A stretch of DNA of 64,000 nucleotides from an uncultured Lachnospiraceae bacterium (GTDB lineage Bacteria > Bacillota > Clostridia > Eubacteriales > Anaerofustaceae). Made by a program: the position numbers and the translations under genes. The stretch lies in the NCBI GenBank assembly GCA_964444065.1, contig CAYUFL010000001.1:15015-79014 (forward strand), given 5' to 3'. Under the pieces are notes generated by a model. The model made no database searches and was not told the origin of the DNA. It saw nothing but the letters and a program-made list of their open reading frames with translations. This document shows positions 27,646-36,100 of the stretch, one piece after another. Each line of letters opens with the position of its first letter. Position 1 is the first letter of the stretch.

Positions 27646-29127
27646 TTATCCTTTGTAAAAACCCGATGGTTCTTCGGAAAGGTTGATCATAATGTTCTTC
27701 ATTTGCGTGTAATGTTCCAAAATCACCTTATGCGTTTCTCGTCCGATCCCGGATTGTTTATATCCGCCAAACGGGGCACCGGCAGGAATCGAATTGTAGG
27801 TATTGACCCACATACGACCCGTTTGAACCCCGCGCGCAACGCGGATGGCACGATTGATATCTCTCGTCCAGACCGCCCCGCCCAATCCGTATTTATTGTC
27901 GTTCGCCATCCGAATCACTTCTTCCTCGGTTTTGAACTTTATCACGACGGCGACAGGTCCGAAAATCTCTTCCTGTGCAACTTTCATATCATTCGTCACA
28001 TCGACCAGGAGTGTCGGCGCCATGAAACAGCCTTTGTCCAGACCGTTAGCGCTCAGACGGTTTCCTCCGCAGGCGATTTTTGCGCCTTCCTTCACTCCGT
28101 CATTGACACAGGCAAGAATTTCTTCCAGATGTTTTTCATAAATCTGAGAACCCATCACGGTATCCTGTTCCCAAGGCATCCCGACTTTGATATCGTTAAA
28201 ACGCTCCACAGCATCATGAACAAATTTATCGTAAATCTCCTCTTGCACAAATACGCGCGATCCGGCACAACACACCTGCCCCTGATTGAACAAAATACCC
28301 AGTTGCAGTCCGTCCATCGCCATATCCCATTTACAATCCGAAAAATAAATATTCGCTGATTTGCCGCCGAGTTCCAAAGTAGAAGGAATCAATTTATCCG
28401 CAGCTGCCTGTGCAACGCAGCAACCGATCTCTGTCGATCCGGTGAACGCAAGTTTACGGAATCCCGGATGTTCCAAGATGTAGTTTCCGGCTTTCGAACC
28501 TTTACCGGTAATCACATTGAATACGCCGGGAGGCAAAATATCCTGCACGATCTTAGCAAGTTCCAACACACTCAGTGATGTGTAACTGGAAGGTTTAAAA
28601 ACAGTACAATCTCCGGCGGCCAACACCGGAGCCAGTTTCCATGCTGCCATCAAAAAAGGAAAATTCCACGGCACAATCTGCCCGACAACGCCGATCGGTT
28701 CGCGCAGAATCAAGCTGAGGGTATTCGTATCCAACATATTCGCGCTGCCCTCTTCTGTCCGGATCGCTCCTGCAAAATAACGGAAATGATCTGCGGCAAA
28801 AGGTATATCGATCGCCATCGTTTCGCGAATCGGTTTCCCATTGTCCATACTTTCGATCATTGCCAATTTTTCGGTGTTTGCATCGATTGCATCGGCAATT
28901 TTGAGAAGCATATTCGACCGTTCGATCGGAGAAACCTCTTTCCATGTTTCCCACGCCGCCCAAGCAGCGCTGACCGCATCATCCACGTCTTCTTTTGTTG
29001 CTTCAGCGCAGCTCGCGAGCAGTCGTCCGTCCGCAGGACAAAATGTTTGGAAGCTTGCGCCATCCTTAGCATCCACCCATTTCCCGTTGATGAACAGTTT
29101 ATATCTGTCATCCATTAACTTTTCCAT
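27646..29127 (-). CDS. NAD(P)-dependent aldehyde dehydrogenase
   Basis: 493 aa. ELGGKS, FNQGQVCCAGSR (catalytic Cys) and EEIFGPV motifs. GGAGG SD. Confidence 0.9.
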   Translation of the reverse strand: MEKLMDDRYKLFINGKWVDAKDGASFQTFCPADGRLLASCAEATKEDVDDAVSAAWAAWETWKEVSPIERSNMLLKIADAIDANTEKLAMIESMDNGKPIRETMAIDIPFAADHFRYFAGAIRTEEGSANMLDTNTLSLILREPIGVVGQIVPWNFPFLMAAWKLAPVLAAGDCTVFKPSSYTSLSVLELAKIVQDILPPGVFNVITGKGSKAGNYILEHPGFRKLAFTGSTEIGCCVAQAAADKLIPSTLELGGKSANIYFSDCKWDMAMDGLQLGILFNQGQVCCAGSRVFVQEEIYDKFVHDAVERFNDIKVGMPWEQDTVMGSQIYEKHLEEILACVNDGVKEGAKIACGGNRLSANGLDKGCFMAPTLLVDVTNDMKVAQEEIFGPVAVVIKFKTEEEVIRMANDNKYGLGGAVWTRDINRAIRVARGVQTGRMWVNTYNSIPAGAPFGGYKQSGIGRETHKVILEHYTQMKNIMINLSEEPSGFYKG

Positions 29128-29270
29128 TCAGTATTTCCTCCTTATTTTTTAGATATACTGAGATGCTAAGTAAGTAGCTTGATTGGAAGTTGCTTACTTC
29201 GGCTTCATTATAATACTATGGATAAAAATATTCAATATTATTGCCATAATATCCTGAGATACTGAAATTC

Positions 29271-29300
29271 CAAAACAAAAAGACAGTATCACTACTGTCT
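29271..29300 (-). terminator. Intrinsic terminator after the rubredoxin-like ORF
   Basis: Stem AGACAGTA / TACTGTCT followed on the minus strand by TTTTGTTTTG. Confidence 0.6.
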
Positions 29301-29337
29301 TTCATTCCTTTTAACTTAAAACGATATGCACGAAATA

Positions 29338-29460
29338 TTATTCTTCGTCCGGACCGATCTCAACAAATTTATCTTTCGGTGCGCCGCAAACAGGGCAGAC
29401 ATCCGGCGGCTCATTTCCTTCATGAATATATCCGCATACTGTACATTTAAAACGTTTCAT
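29338..29460 (-). CDS. 40-aa rubredoxin-like (CxxC...CxxC) mini-protein, not in the ORF track
   Basis: Manual translation: [40 protein letters not shown], then TAA. GGAGG SD 7 nt upstream. Lies between the Fur-family gene and a terminator. Confidence 0.6.
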   Translation of the reverse strand: MKRFKCTVCGYIHEGNEPPDVCPVCGAPKDKFVEIGPDEE

Positions 29461-29503
29461 TTGATATCCTCCTAATGATTGGTATGAGATCCTATATATG
29501 AAT

Positions 29504-29932
29504 TCAGCTTTTCATCTGAATAAACATATCAATTTTTTGTATCTCTTTTTCTACTCCCATGTGATTGTGCACGTAATCAGAGAGATATCCGCAAAAATTA
29601 TCATCCATATAATCCCGGATATAACCGGTCGTCGCATCATAAATATGAATATGAAAGTCAGTATTGTAGTCAAAACGCATAATCTCGTCACAGCAGGCTA
29701 ATTTTGCAATCAATTCTGACTCAACGAATGTTTCCAATACATTATAAACAGTGGCAAATGACATATGAATGCCGTTTTCCTTCAGTTTCTCCATCACCAT
29801 TTCTGCGCTTGGATGATCTTTTGACTGCTTCAGAACAGAAAGAACCGCGATTCTCTGCGATGTTGCTTTTAAACGATGTTCTTTTAGCTTTTGTGCCAAA
29901 TCTTCATTATTTTCCATTTGTTTGCTTTTCAT
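29504..29932 (-). CDS. Fur-family metalloregulator, PerR-like
   Basis: 142 aa. [27 protein letters not shown]...[15 protein letters not shown]-binding domain. His/Cys-containing C-terminal half. Confidence 0.8.
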   Translation of the reverse strand: MKSKQMENNEDLAQKLKEHRLKATSQRIAVLSVLKQSKDHPSAEMVMEKLKENGIHMSFATVYNVLETFVESELIAKLACCDEIMRFDYNTDFHIHIYDATTGYIRDYMDDNFCGYLSDYVHNHMGVEKEIQKIDMFIQMKS

Positions 29933-29941
29933 GTTATCATT

Positions 29942-29956
29942 TTATAATAATTATTA
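29942..29956. promoter_or_regulatory. PerR/Fur-box-like palindrome upstream of the Fur-family gene
   Basis: TTATAATAATTATTA matches the Bacillus-type PerR box TTATAATNATTATAA at 14 of 15 positions, 10 nt upstream of the start codon. The AT-rich context lowers its significance. Confidence 0.45.
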
Positions 29957-30006
29957 TTTAGAAGTCAAGAACTTCGTGAAAAATATAAAAAAAGAACAAT
30001 ACCCCC

Positions 30007-30035
30007 TTGACATCATTTCAGTCAAAATGTATAAT
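30007..30035 (+). promoter_or_regulatory. Consensus sigma-A promoter of tRNA-Lys
   Basis: TTGACA (30007-12), 17 nt, TATAAT (30030-35), about 37 nt upstream of the tRNA. Confidence 0.7.
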
Positions 30036-30072
30036 GTGAAAGCTGTTATTCGCAGTGAGACAGTATTTATGT

Positions 30073-30148
30073 GACCCATTAGCTCAGCTGGTAGAGCACT
30101 TGACTTTTAATCAAGGTGTCGCGCGTTCGAATCGCGCATGGGTCACCA
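30073..30148 (+). tRNA. tRNA-Lys (anticodon UUU), CCA encoded
   Basis: Acceptor GACCCAT/ATGGGTC. D-arm GCTC-AGCTGGTA-GAGC. Anticodon arm CTTGA-CTTTTAA-TCAAG. T-arm GCGCG-TTCGAAT-CGCGC. Discriminator A plus CCA. Confidence 0.95.
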
Positions 30149-30174
30149 TTTTTATTTTTTTACCAGGCAAACCT

Positions 30175-30200
30175 AAAAGAGCAATATGCTCTTTTTTTTT
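30175..30200 (+). terminator. Intrinsic terminator after the tRNA
   Basis: AAAAGAGC-AATAT-GCTCTTTTTTTTT. Confidence 0.6.
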
Positions 30201-30203
30201 GCA

Positions 30204-30246
30204 AAAGTACCCCGGTCTATCGAAAAAAGATACACCGGGGTACTTT
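30204..30246 (-). terminator. Hairpin terminator overlapping the CpXC gene stop codon
   Basis: 12-bp stem AAAGTACCCCGG / CCGGGGTACTTT. On the minus strand it is followed by TTTTGC. Confidence 0.5.
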
Positions 30247-30946
30247 ATTCTGCAGACTCACCCTTATTGGATTCCCTCTCATCAGAAGCAATTTGATAAA
30301 GCAAGACATCCGCATATTCTGCATTGATATTGCAATATTTGTTATTATACAACTCTTCTAGGTACTCTCTCGCATATGATTGTGCATCCGCATAAAACTC
30401 TTCGCTCAATGTCGCGGCATATCCTTGCTTTCCGGGTTCAAAATACGCAATTTTTTCTTCTGCTCCATCGCAATAATAAAAACTGTCTCGGTAGTCGAAA
30501 GCGGGATTGTCTTGACGGATCATTTCTCCAACCAAAATTTTGCATATTTCTAAAATCCGATCATCTTTTTCCCGATCAAAAATGCTGATTTTCTCAATCA
30601 ACTCCGTCACGGATTGCACGATGCGTAGAATATAATATGGCAACTGATCTTGATCTGACGAAGCATTATATTGATCGTGCCATTCTTGCAAGCGGCTAAT
30701 TTCGTCCGGTTTTACTTTCGGAATAAGATAAATAATATAATGCTTTTCCATGTCGTGGTATAAACAAGAATGCGTGATTTCTGTACCGATCCCACAGGTT
30801 GGACAACGATACAAAAACAATTCCCTTGTTAATACCTGTTCTTTCATATCCGGCAACAACGTGATATTAACTGACGGATGTAAAACTGCAGTCCCCGGAG
30901 TTTTGCATTTTGGGCATATAACTTTTTTCTGGTACGAATCGCTCAT
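30245..30946 (-). CDS. CpXC-domain protein
   Basis: ORF 30245..30985. ATG 30946 follows GGAGGA. CPKC...20-40 aa...CPTC motif pair at the N-terminus. Confidence 0.6.
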   Translation of the reverse strand: MSDSYQKKVICPKCKTPGTAVLHPSVNITLLPDMKEQVLTRELFLYRCPTCGIGTEITHSCLYHDMEKHYIIYLIPKVKPDEISRLQEWHDQYNASSDQDQLPYYILRIVQSVTELIEKISIFDREKDDRILEICKILVGEMIRQDNPAFDYRDSFYYCDGAEEKIAYFEPGKQGYAATLSEEFYADAQSYAREYLEELYNNKYCNINAEYADVLLYQIASDERESNKGESAE

Positions 30947-31196
30947 TATTCCTCCATTGGCGCTTGAAACAAGAACTATTTTCAACCAAAGCCTATCTCA
31001 AATATTTTGATCAATCGAGCCACTAAGGCTTCCTTTATCATAATACTGAAGCTGTAAAGAAAAGTAAAGCAATAAAAAACCAGATCCGTTCAGCATTTTT
31101 CGAAAAGCGTGTCATGGCAAGTCAAATAATATGATGTTATGATGCTATGGTGAAACAAGCCAAGAAAACACCCCTATTTAAGAAAGGAACATTTGC

Positions 31197-31853
31197 ATGA
31201 ATAACAGAGACTCCGTAAAAATAAGCAATCTTGAAAGTCTGAAAAGACGTTACAATTTGGATGTCTTGGATTGTATTTCATTCGAGACAACCGATACCGA
31301 AAAATCAGTCATCTTGAAAGCTTCGCTGCAAGTCTTAGGAACGATTTCCCAACAAAGCAATGATTTGTCCACAATCTTGTTCCCGTCAGGAATGAGCTTT
31401 GAATGGAACAGCAATTCAATACCTTCCGGCTATCTAGAAGAGAATGGAGCGGCAGTCAGCAGAACAACGTTTGCCGATTTGTTTGCAGCGATAGGAACAA
31501 TGTTCGGGAGCGGTGATGGGAGCACGACCTTCAATTTGCCAAATAGCAAAGGGAAAGTTGTTGTAGGGTTAGATAGTGCGGATACTGCTTTTGATCTTCT
31601 TGGCGAAATTGGTGGAGCGCAGACACATACTTTAACAGATTCGCAGGTCCCTCCAACCGCAATTAAATGGGATCACCCTAATGCCGCAGTGTTATCAGGT
31701 GCTAATGGTGGATATCCAGAAAATGGTATATTTCCTGCTTATGGTTGGACAAATTCTACAGGTAGAGCATATACGTTTACAGTTAAAGGTGGTGGGACTG
31801 CACATAATAACATACAGCCTTATATTATTAAAAGACGAATTATCAAATATTAG
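31197..31853 (+). CDS. Phage tail-collar domain (MdpB-like) fibre protein
   Basis: 218 aa. TFADLFAAIGTMFGSGDGSTTFNLPNSKGKV (collar motif) and GGGTAHNNIQPY near the C-terminus. Confidence 0.75.
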   Translation: MNNRDSVKISNLESLKRRYNLDVLDCISFETTDTEKSVILKASLQVLGTISQQSNDLSTILFPSGMSFEWNSNSIPSGYLEENGAAVSRTTFADLFAAIGTMFGSGDGSTTFNLPNSKGKVVVGLDSADTAFDLLGEIGGAQTHTLTDSQVPPTAIKWDHPNAAVLSGANGGYPENGIFPAYGWTNSTGRAYTFTVKGGGTAHNNIQPYIIKRRIIKY

Positions 31854-31867
31854 AAAGGAAATCGATT

Positions 31868-32260
31868 ATGGCAATACGAAAAACAATAACCGACAAAGTA
31901 GGAAATGCGACAACCTATCACCGCATCGGTGACGCGAATTTTGATTTTGACAAAAATCAGGTGACAATGATTGTCAAATCCTATGTGAACGAATCATACC
32001 GCGATAGCGAAAAAGAAGAGTTGAATGAGATCGATCAGCAAATTGCGCTTCATAACGAATTGTCAGCAAAAGGTGTTTTGACGGGGGAAGAACGTGCGCA
32101 ATTAGCGCAGTTAAATATACAGGAACTGTCGGCGAAAAAATACGGAGAAATGTTTGCGAAATCCAACATCATGACATTCGATATCACACAGGAAATTCGG
32201 GATTGGCTGTATGCATTGCTTACACAGCATCCCGAATTTACCGGATCAATTGAGGTATAG
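31868..32260 (+). CDS. Small phage-associated protein (XkdW-like position), function unknown
   Basis: 130-aa ORF 15 nt after the tail-collar gene. AGGAAA SD-like sequence. Call is by position in PBSX-like late regions only. Confidence 0.35.
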   Translation: MAIRKTITDKVGNATTYHRIGDANFDFDKNQVTMIVKSYVNESYRDSEKEELNEIDQQIALHNELSAKGVLTGEERAQLAQLNIQELSAKKYGEMFAKSNIMTFDITQEIRDWLYALLTQHPEFTGSIEV

Positions 32261-32263
32261 ATT

Positions 32264-32283
32264 GCACCTTCGGGTGCTTTTTT
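32264..32283 (+). terminator. Intrinsic terminator (UUCG tetraloop)
   Basis: GCACC-TTCG-GGTGC followed by TTTTTT. Confidence 0.65.
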
Positions 32284-32309
32284 AATACAAAAATATTCAG
32301 GAGGAAAAC

Positions 32310-32768
32310 ATGGATCAATTTATCGAACTACTCAAATCTTATCAGTGGTATGCACCATTGATGCAGCTTATCGGGCTGATGATACTCGGATACATCCTCG
32401 GCATTATCCCTTGCATCGTCGTTCAGACGGTTAAGGCAAAATCGGTTCAAATTGCTTGGGTCGCAAAGAATGCGTGGGCAGTATTGGCATTTGCATTTTT
32501 GCTCTCATTTGCAATTGGAATCGGTTTTAAAATCGCATTTGCACCTGAGATGACAACCGCTTATGCAATATGGCTTGGATTCTTTCTTTGGCTGGGGTCT
32601 TGGGATTTCTACCGAAAACTCAAGGAATCCGATTCCGCATTCGGTAAATATTTCAGCTCAATTGATACGTTATTGAAATCAGAAGATATTGTCGACAAAG
32701 TGATTTCAACCGCAGTTGAGGACGCAAAAAAAATAACAGGTACAACTACTGCTTCCTCGGGGGAGTAG
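32310..32768 (+). CDS. Three-TM holin-like membrane protein
   Basis: 152 aa. AGGAGGA SD. Three hydrophobic helices then a charged or T/S-rich tail. Immediately upstream of the lysin. Confidence 0.5.
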   Translation: MDQFIELLKSYQWYAPLMQLIGLMILGYILGIIPCIVVQTVKAKSVQIAWVAKNAWAVLAFAFLLSFAIGIGFKIAFAPEMTTAYAIWLGFFLWLGSWDFYRKLKESDSAFGKYFSSIDTLLKSEDIVDKVISTAVEDAKKITGTTTASSGE

Positions 32769-32866
32769 AAACCGATGGTACCGCGGGCGAAACGGTACCG
32801 GAAAATAATGACCAGGATCAGACTGAAGATCAACCATCAGTAGAAATCGATACCGCCAATATCACG

Positions 32867-33781
32867 GTGTCGGAACTCGAAGGACATCGGGTCGGGGGAA
32901 CCTACAATACCGTTGCAACGTATTATAACTGGGACGGTACCCCGCTTGACGGGCAGACAGATGAATACCAAAACAATAAGACGAAAGCCACAATCCTTGA
33001 GATCAGACCCGGCAGACGCGTTCAGTACCTGACTGACAAAGGATATGTCGCAGGCAACGATTTCCGCGGCGAAGCGAAGAATCAGTACAATGTCGGCGAT
33101 GTCGTATCGATCAAAGCGATCTTTAAGGGTAGCAATGCAACCGACATCTTCGACGACGGCAAAATCTATCATGACTGCAAAGGTACCGTCGTTACGATCA
33201 CGGATGTCGATACCCGAAACGCAGTTTGGTACAAGGTCAGCGGCGGGTATGTGGCGGAAAACGACATCAAAGGAATCTACAATACTTCGCTACAGCCAAA
33301 CCTCTGTTTTCCTGTTGATTATATCGCAATCTCCACACCGTTTTCACCGTCTCATCTCGGAACGGATTATGCATGGAATTCCGCGCATGGTGGTCAGAAC
33401 GTCCCAGTCTATTCGATTGCGGACGGCGGAACCGTCATTATATCGAAATCGAGCGAAACGGTTGGAAACTACGTCGTAATCGAATACCATTTCGGCGGCA
33501 TGACGTATCTGATCCGATACAAGCATATGCAATCCCGCAACGTTTCGGTCGGCGATGTTGTCAGCATGCATCAGCAGATCGGCGTTATGGGCAACACGGG
33601 CTCGACAAGCCAAGGAACGCATCTGCACATGGACATGATCATTATTCAGGACGGAACGACCTACAACGAAGCAGACAGGGCAACATGGAGTGTTGATTCG
33701 ATCTTGCATTGTAAAGCGCAATCGTATCAGGAAGTCGGAGATGTGACCGATACGAAATATACGATCCTTCGGGCAGCATGA
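32867..33781 (+). CDS. SH3b-repeat M23 metallopeptidase (endolysin-type peptidoglycan hydrolase)
   Basis: HLGTDYA...GNYVVIEY...GVMGNTGSTSQGTHLHMDM (HxxxD / HxH M23 motifs). The tracked start is a GTG with no SD. The frame is open upstream to 32720 (see findings). Confidence 0.8.
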   Translation: MSELEGHRVGGTYNTVATYYNWDGTPLDGQTDEYQNNKTKATILEIRPGRRVQYLTDKGYVAGNDFRGEAKNQYNVGDVVSIKAIFKGSNATDIFDDGKIYHDCKGTVVTITDVDTRNAVWYKVSGGYVAENDIKGIYNTSLQPNLCFPVDYIAISTPFSPSHLGTDYAWNSAHGGQNVPVYSIADGGTVIISKSSETVGNYVVIEYHFGGMTYLIRYKHMQSRNVSVGDVVSMHQQIGVMGNTGSTSQGTHLHMDMIIIQDGTTYNEADRATWSVDSILHCKAQSYQEVGDVTDTKYTILRAA

Positions 33782-33789
33782 GGTAACGG

Positions 33790-34080
33790 ATGGACTGGCA
33801 GACATTAGTGACAGCACTCGGTATACTCACCGGAATTTGCGGCATGTATTTCGGATTCCGCGGCAAGAAACGACAGGATGATACCGAAACAAAAGAGGAG
33901 AGCAAGCAAAATGCTACACTCTTCTCCGACATCGGTTATATTAAATCGGGGATTGATGATCTGAAGAGAAAACAGGAGAAGATGGAAGACTGGTACATTT
34001 CCTTGAATTCCAGGGTGACTGCCGTGGAGGAGTCCGCGAAGCAGGCTCATAAACGAATTGATTGTATGGAAAAACAGTAA
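33790..34080 (+). CDS. Small N-terminal-TM / coiled-coil protein (XhlA/holin-accessory-like)
   Basis: 96 aa. One TM helix (LVTALGILTGICGMYFGF), then a charged coiled-coil. Last gene of the lysis cassette. Confidence 0.4.
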   Translation: MDWQTLVTALGILTGICGMYFGFRGKKRQDDTETKEESKQNATLFSDIGYIKSGIDDLKRKQEKMEDWYISLNSRVTAVEESAKQAHKRIDCMEKQ

Positions 34081-34115
34081 GCGGCTGTCGGTAAAATCCC
34101 GACAGCCGCTTTTTT
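34081..34115 (+). terminator. Strong intrinsic terminator ending the phage-derived module
   Basis: 11-bp stem GCGGCTGTCGG / CCGACAGCCGC followed by TTTTTT. Confidence 0.8.
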
Positions 34116-34211
34116 CATGAAAAAGTGTATTTGGCAAAAAGTTTTTGAGTATCAAAAAATGATGACTATTTTCAATACATTGCCCTTGCTTTTTTATAAT
34201 CATAAGAATTG

Positions 34212-35267
34212 CTATTTCAGGAACAACAACCTCTCTTTCGGTAAGCTCAATATAATTTCTTTGTCTTTATGTGCATCCCAAACTGGTATATCCATGGCAA
34301 AGCTGATTTCGGAGTCTTCCGTAAAGTCCTGCTTTCCCCGCTTTCGAAACACCGCAAAAATGGCAAAAGGCCCTTCGATTGCTTTGATACATTCACACAG
34401 CATTGTATTTTCTTCCTGCTCGGAATCGGCAAATGATACATAATGCGCACGAATTCCGACATACTGCGTATCGCTCGGAATCATTCTGTCGCTGTGCAGC
34501 GTCATGCCCCAATCCAATGCATTCAGCGTATGATCATCGATTACGACCGCGCGCGAAATATTTTTGCATCCTGTCAGAATCGCGCCCCCGCGCGTTGACG
34601 GATTTTCAAACACAGCATATTTGTTGTCTATAATGTCGATTTGACCGATGGAATAAATAGCCAAAGTTTTGCACATCCGATATACTTCGTCTCTGTTGTG
34701 AGAAACCAAAAGAACCGAACCACCGAAGCGTTCGATCACATTCATAATGACCTGCTCCATCTGCCATCTCAGATGGGTATCAAGCGCAGAAAACGGTTCA
34801 TCAAACAGCAATATTTCAGGCTTGTTCGCCAAAAGCCTGGCGAGCGCGACCCTTTGTTGCTGCCCTCCGGATAATTGTGTCGGACGTTTCTTTTCGAGCC
34901 CTTGCAATTGGAAATCTTCGATCATTCCCCTTACAATCAACTCCCGATCCTCTCCCTGCGCATCGGCTGCAAACAATATGTTTTCTTCGACTGTCATATG
35001 CGGAAAAAGCGCATACCCTTGAAACAGATATCCCACATGCCGTTCTTGCGGAGGCAAATTGATATTTTGTTCCGAATCAAACAGTACGCGTCCGTTCAAT
35101 ACGATTGTTCCGCGATCCGGCGTCTCGATGCCCGCGATGCAGCGCAGCGTCATACTTTTTCCGCAACCCGATGCCCCAAGAATACCCAATACCTCGTTCT
35201 CCGTTTCGAAAGCAACATTTAAATGAAACGCTCCTAATTTCTTTTCGATCCTTACAGACAGCGTCAT
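34212..35267 (-). CDS. modC: Molybdate ABC transporter ATP-binding protein
   Basis: 351 aa. Walker A GASGCGKS, signature LSGGQQQR, Walker B ILLFDEP, and a C-terminal TOBE-like extension. Overlaps modB by 4 nt. Confidence 0.8.
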   Translation of the reverse strand: MTLSVRIEKKLGAFHLNVAFETENEVLGILGASGCGKSMTLRCIAGIETPDRGTIVLNGRVLFDSEQNINLPPQERHVGYLFQGYALFPHMTVEENILFAADAQGEDRELIVRGMIEDFQLQGLEKKRPTQLSGGQQQRVALARLLANKPEILLFDEPFSALDTHLRWQMEQVIMNVIERFGGSVLLVSHNRDEVYRMCKTLAIYSIGQIDIIDNKYAVFENPSTRGGAILTGCKNISRAVVIDDHTLNALDWGMTLHSDRMIPSDTQYVGIRAHYVSFADSEQEENTMLCECIKAIEGPFAIFAVFRKRGKQDFTEDSEISFAMDIPVWDAHKDKEIILSLPKERLLFLK

Positions 35268-35944
35268 CCGATATCCCCCCGCTTGTGATTCTTTTTCATA
35301 TAGTACTGATTGATATAATTCATCAAAAACATTGCAACAAATGACATCACTGTAATAATAGCCACCCAGCGGTACGCCAAATCGTAATTGCCCGCCTGTA
35401 CGGCGGTATAAACGGCAACAGCCATCGTCTGTGTTTTGCCCGGTATGTTTCCTGCGATCATAATCGTCGCTCCGAATTCACCGAGCGCCCTGGCAAAAGC
35501 AAGAATCGTACCTGCAATGATACTAGGAACAATATTTGGAATGATTATTTTACGAAATATCCGATTTTCACTGACACCCAAAGTTCTGGCAGCATGCACC
35601 ATGTCGGAATCAATTTCTTCCAATGCCCCTCTTACCGTTCGGTACATCAGCGGAAACGACACCACGGAAGATGCGATCACGGCAGCCACCCAGGTGAATA
35701 CAACCGAAATGTCAAAAAGCCCCAGAAATTGTCCGATCAGACTGTTTTTTCCGAACATCAGCAATAAAAAGAATCCCGCTACAGTCGGCGGCAAAATCAT
35801 CGGAAGCGTGAATATGCCGTCAACGAATGCCTTTCCGTGCTTAAGTTTCACGACCCACCGTGCAGCCGCGATGCCGAGAAGAAAAGTAAAAACAGTCGCG
35901 ATCAACGATACTTTCAGAGAAATATAAAGAGGAGACAAATCCAC
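35264..35944 (-). CDS. modB: Molybdate ABC transporter permease
   Basis: 226 aa, GTG start. EAA-loop-like ARTLGVSENRIFRKIIIPN, and the AFARALGEFGAT motif typical of ModB/CysTW. Confidence 0.85.
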   Translation of the reverse strand: MDLSPLYISLKVSLIATVFTFLLGIAAARWVVKLKHGKAFVDGIFTLPMILPPTVAGFFLLLMFGKNSLIGQFLGLFDISVVFTWVAAVIASSVVSFPLMYRTVRGALEEIDSDMVHAARTLGVSENRIFRKIIIPNIVPSIIAGTILAFARALGEFGATIMIAGNIPGKTQTMAVAVYTAVQAGNYDLAYRWVAIITVMSFVAMFLMNYINQYYMKKNHKRGDIG

Positions 35945-36040
35945 CTGCGCTCACCGCCTTTCAAACTAGTATTATAGAAATAACATCCTTGCGTTTTTTA
36001 CTACTGCCCGGAAAATAAATATCTCCGGTAATTCCTTATG

Positions 36041-36075
36041 CTCGAAAATAACAAGAAGGGCGCAAAACTGCGCCC
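36041..36075 (-). terminator. Intrinsic terminator between modA and modB
   Basis: GGGCGCA-GTTT-TGCGCCC followed on the minus strand by TTCTTGTTATTTTCG. Confidence 0.55.
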
Positions 36076-36100
36076 AACATCCTTGTTGCCTTAAATACGT

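Larger units (their letters stand above)
31197..34115 (+). mobile_element. Prophage remnant: tail-fibre end plus lysis cassette only (no integrase, capsid or tail-tube genes)
   Basis: Five + strand genes in an otherwise minus-strand region, about 1 kb from tRNA-Lys. Phage-type domains (tail collar, holin-like, SH3b-M23). Has its own terminators. Confidence 0.55.

Noticed and set aside
31851-32768. Three consecutive phage-module genes end in TAG. Could this be stop-codon reassignment in the phage-derived island?
   Set aside because: Reading through the TAGs of the tail-collar, small-protein and holin-like genes gives short, non-coding-like extensions that soon hit other stops. TAG also terminates many core genes here at their expected lengths.
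30149-34211. att-site direct repeats of the tRNA-Lys 3' end flanking the phage-like island, and an integrase.
   Set aside because: By eye, no copy of the tRNA 3' segment (GTTCGAATCGCGCATGGGTCACCA or a substantial part of it) occurs near 34.1-34.2 kb, and no recombinase ORF is present. The boundaries of the island therefore remain undefined.
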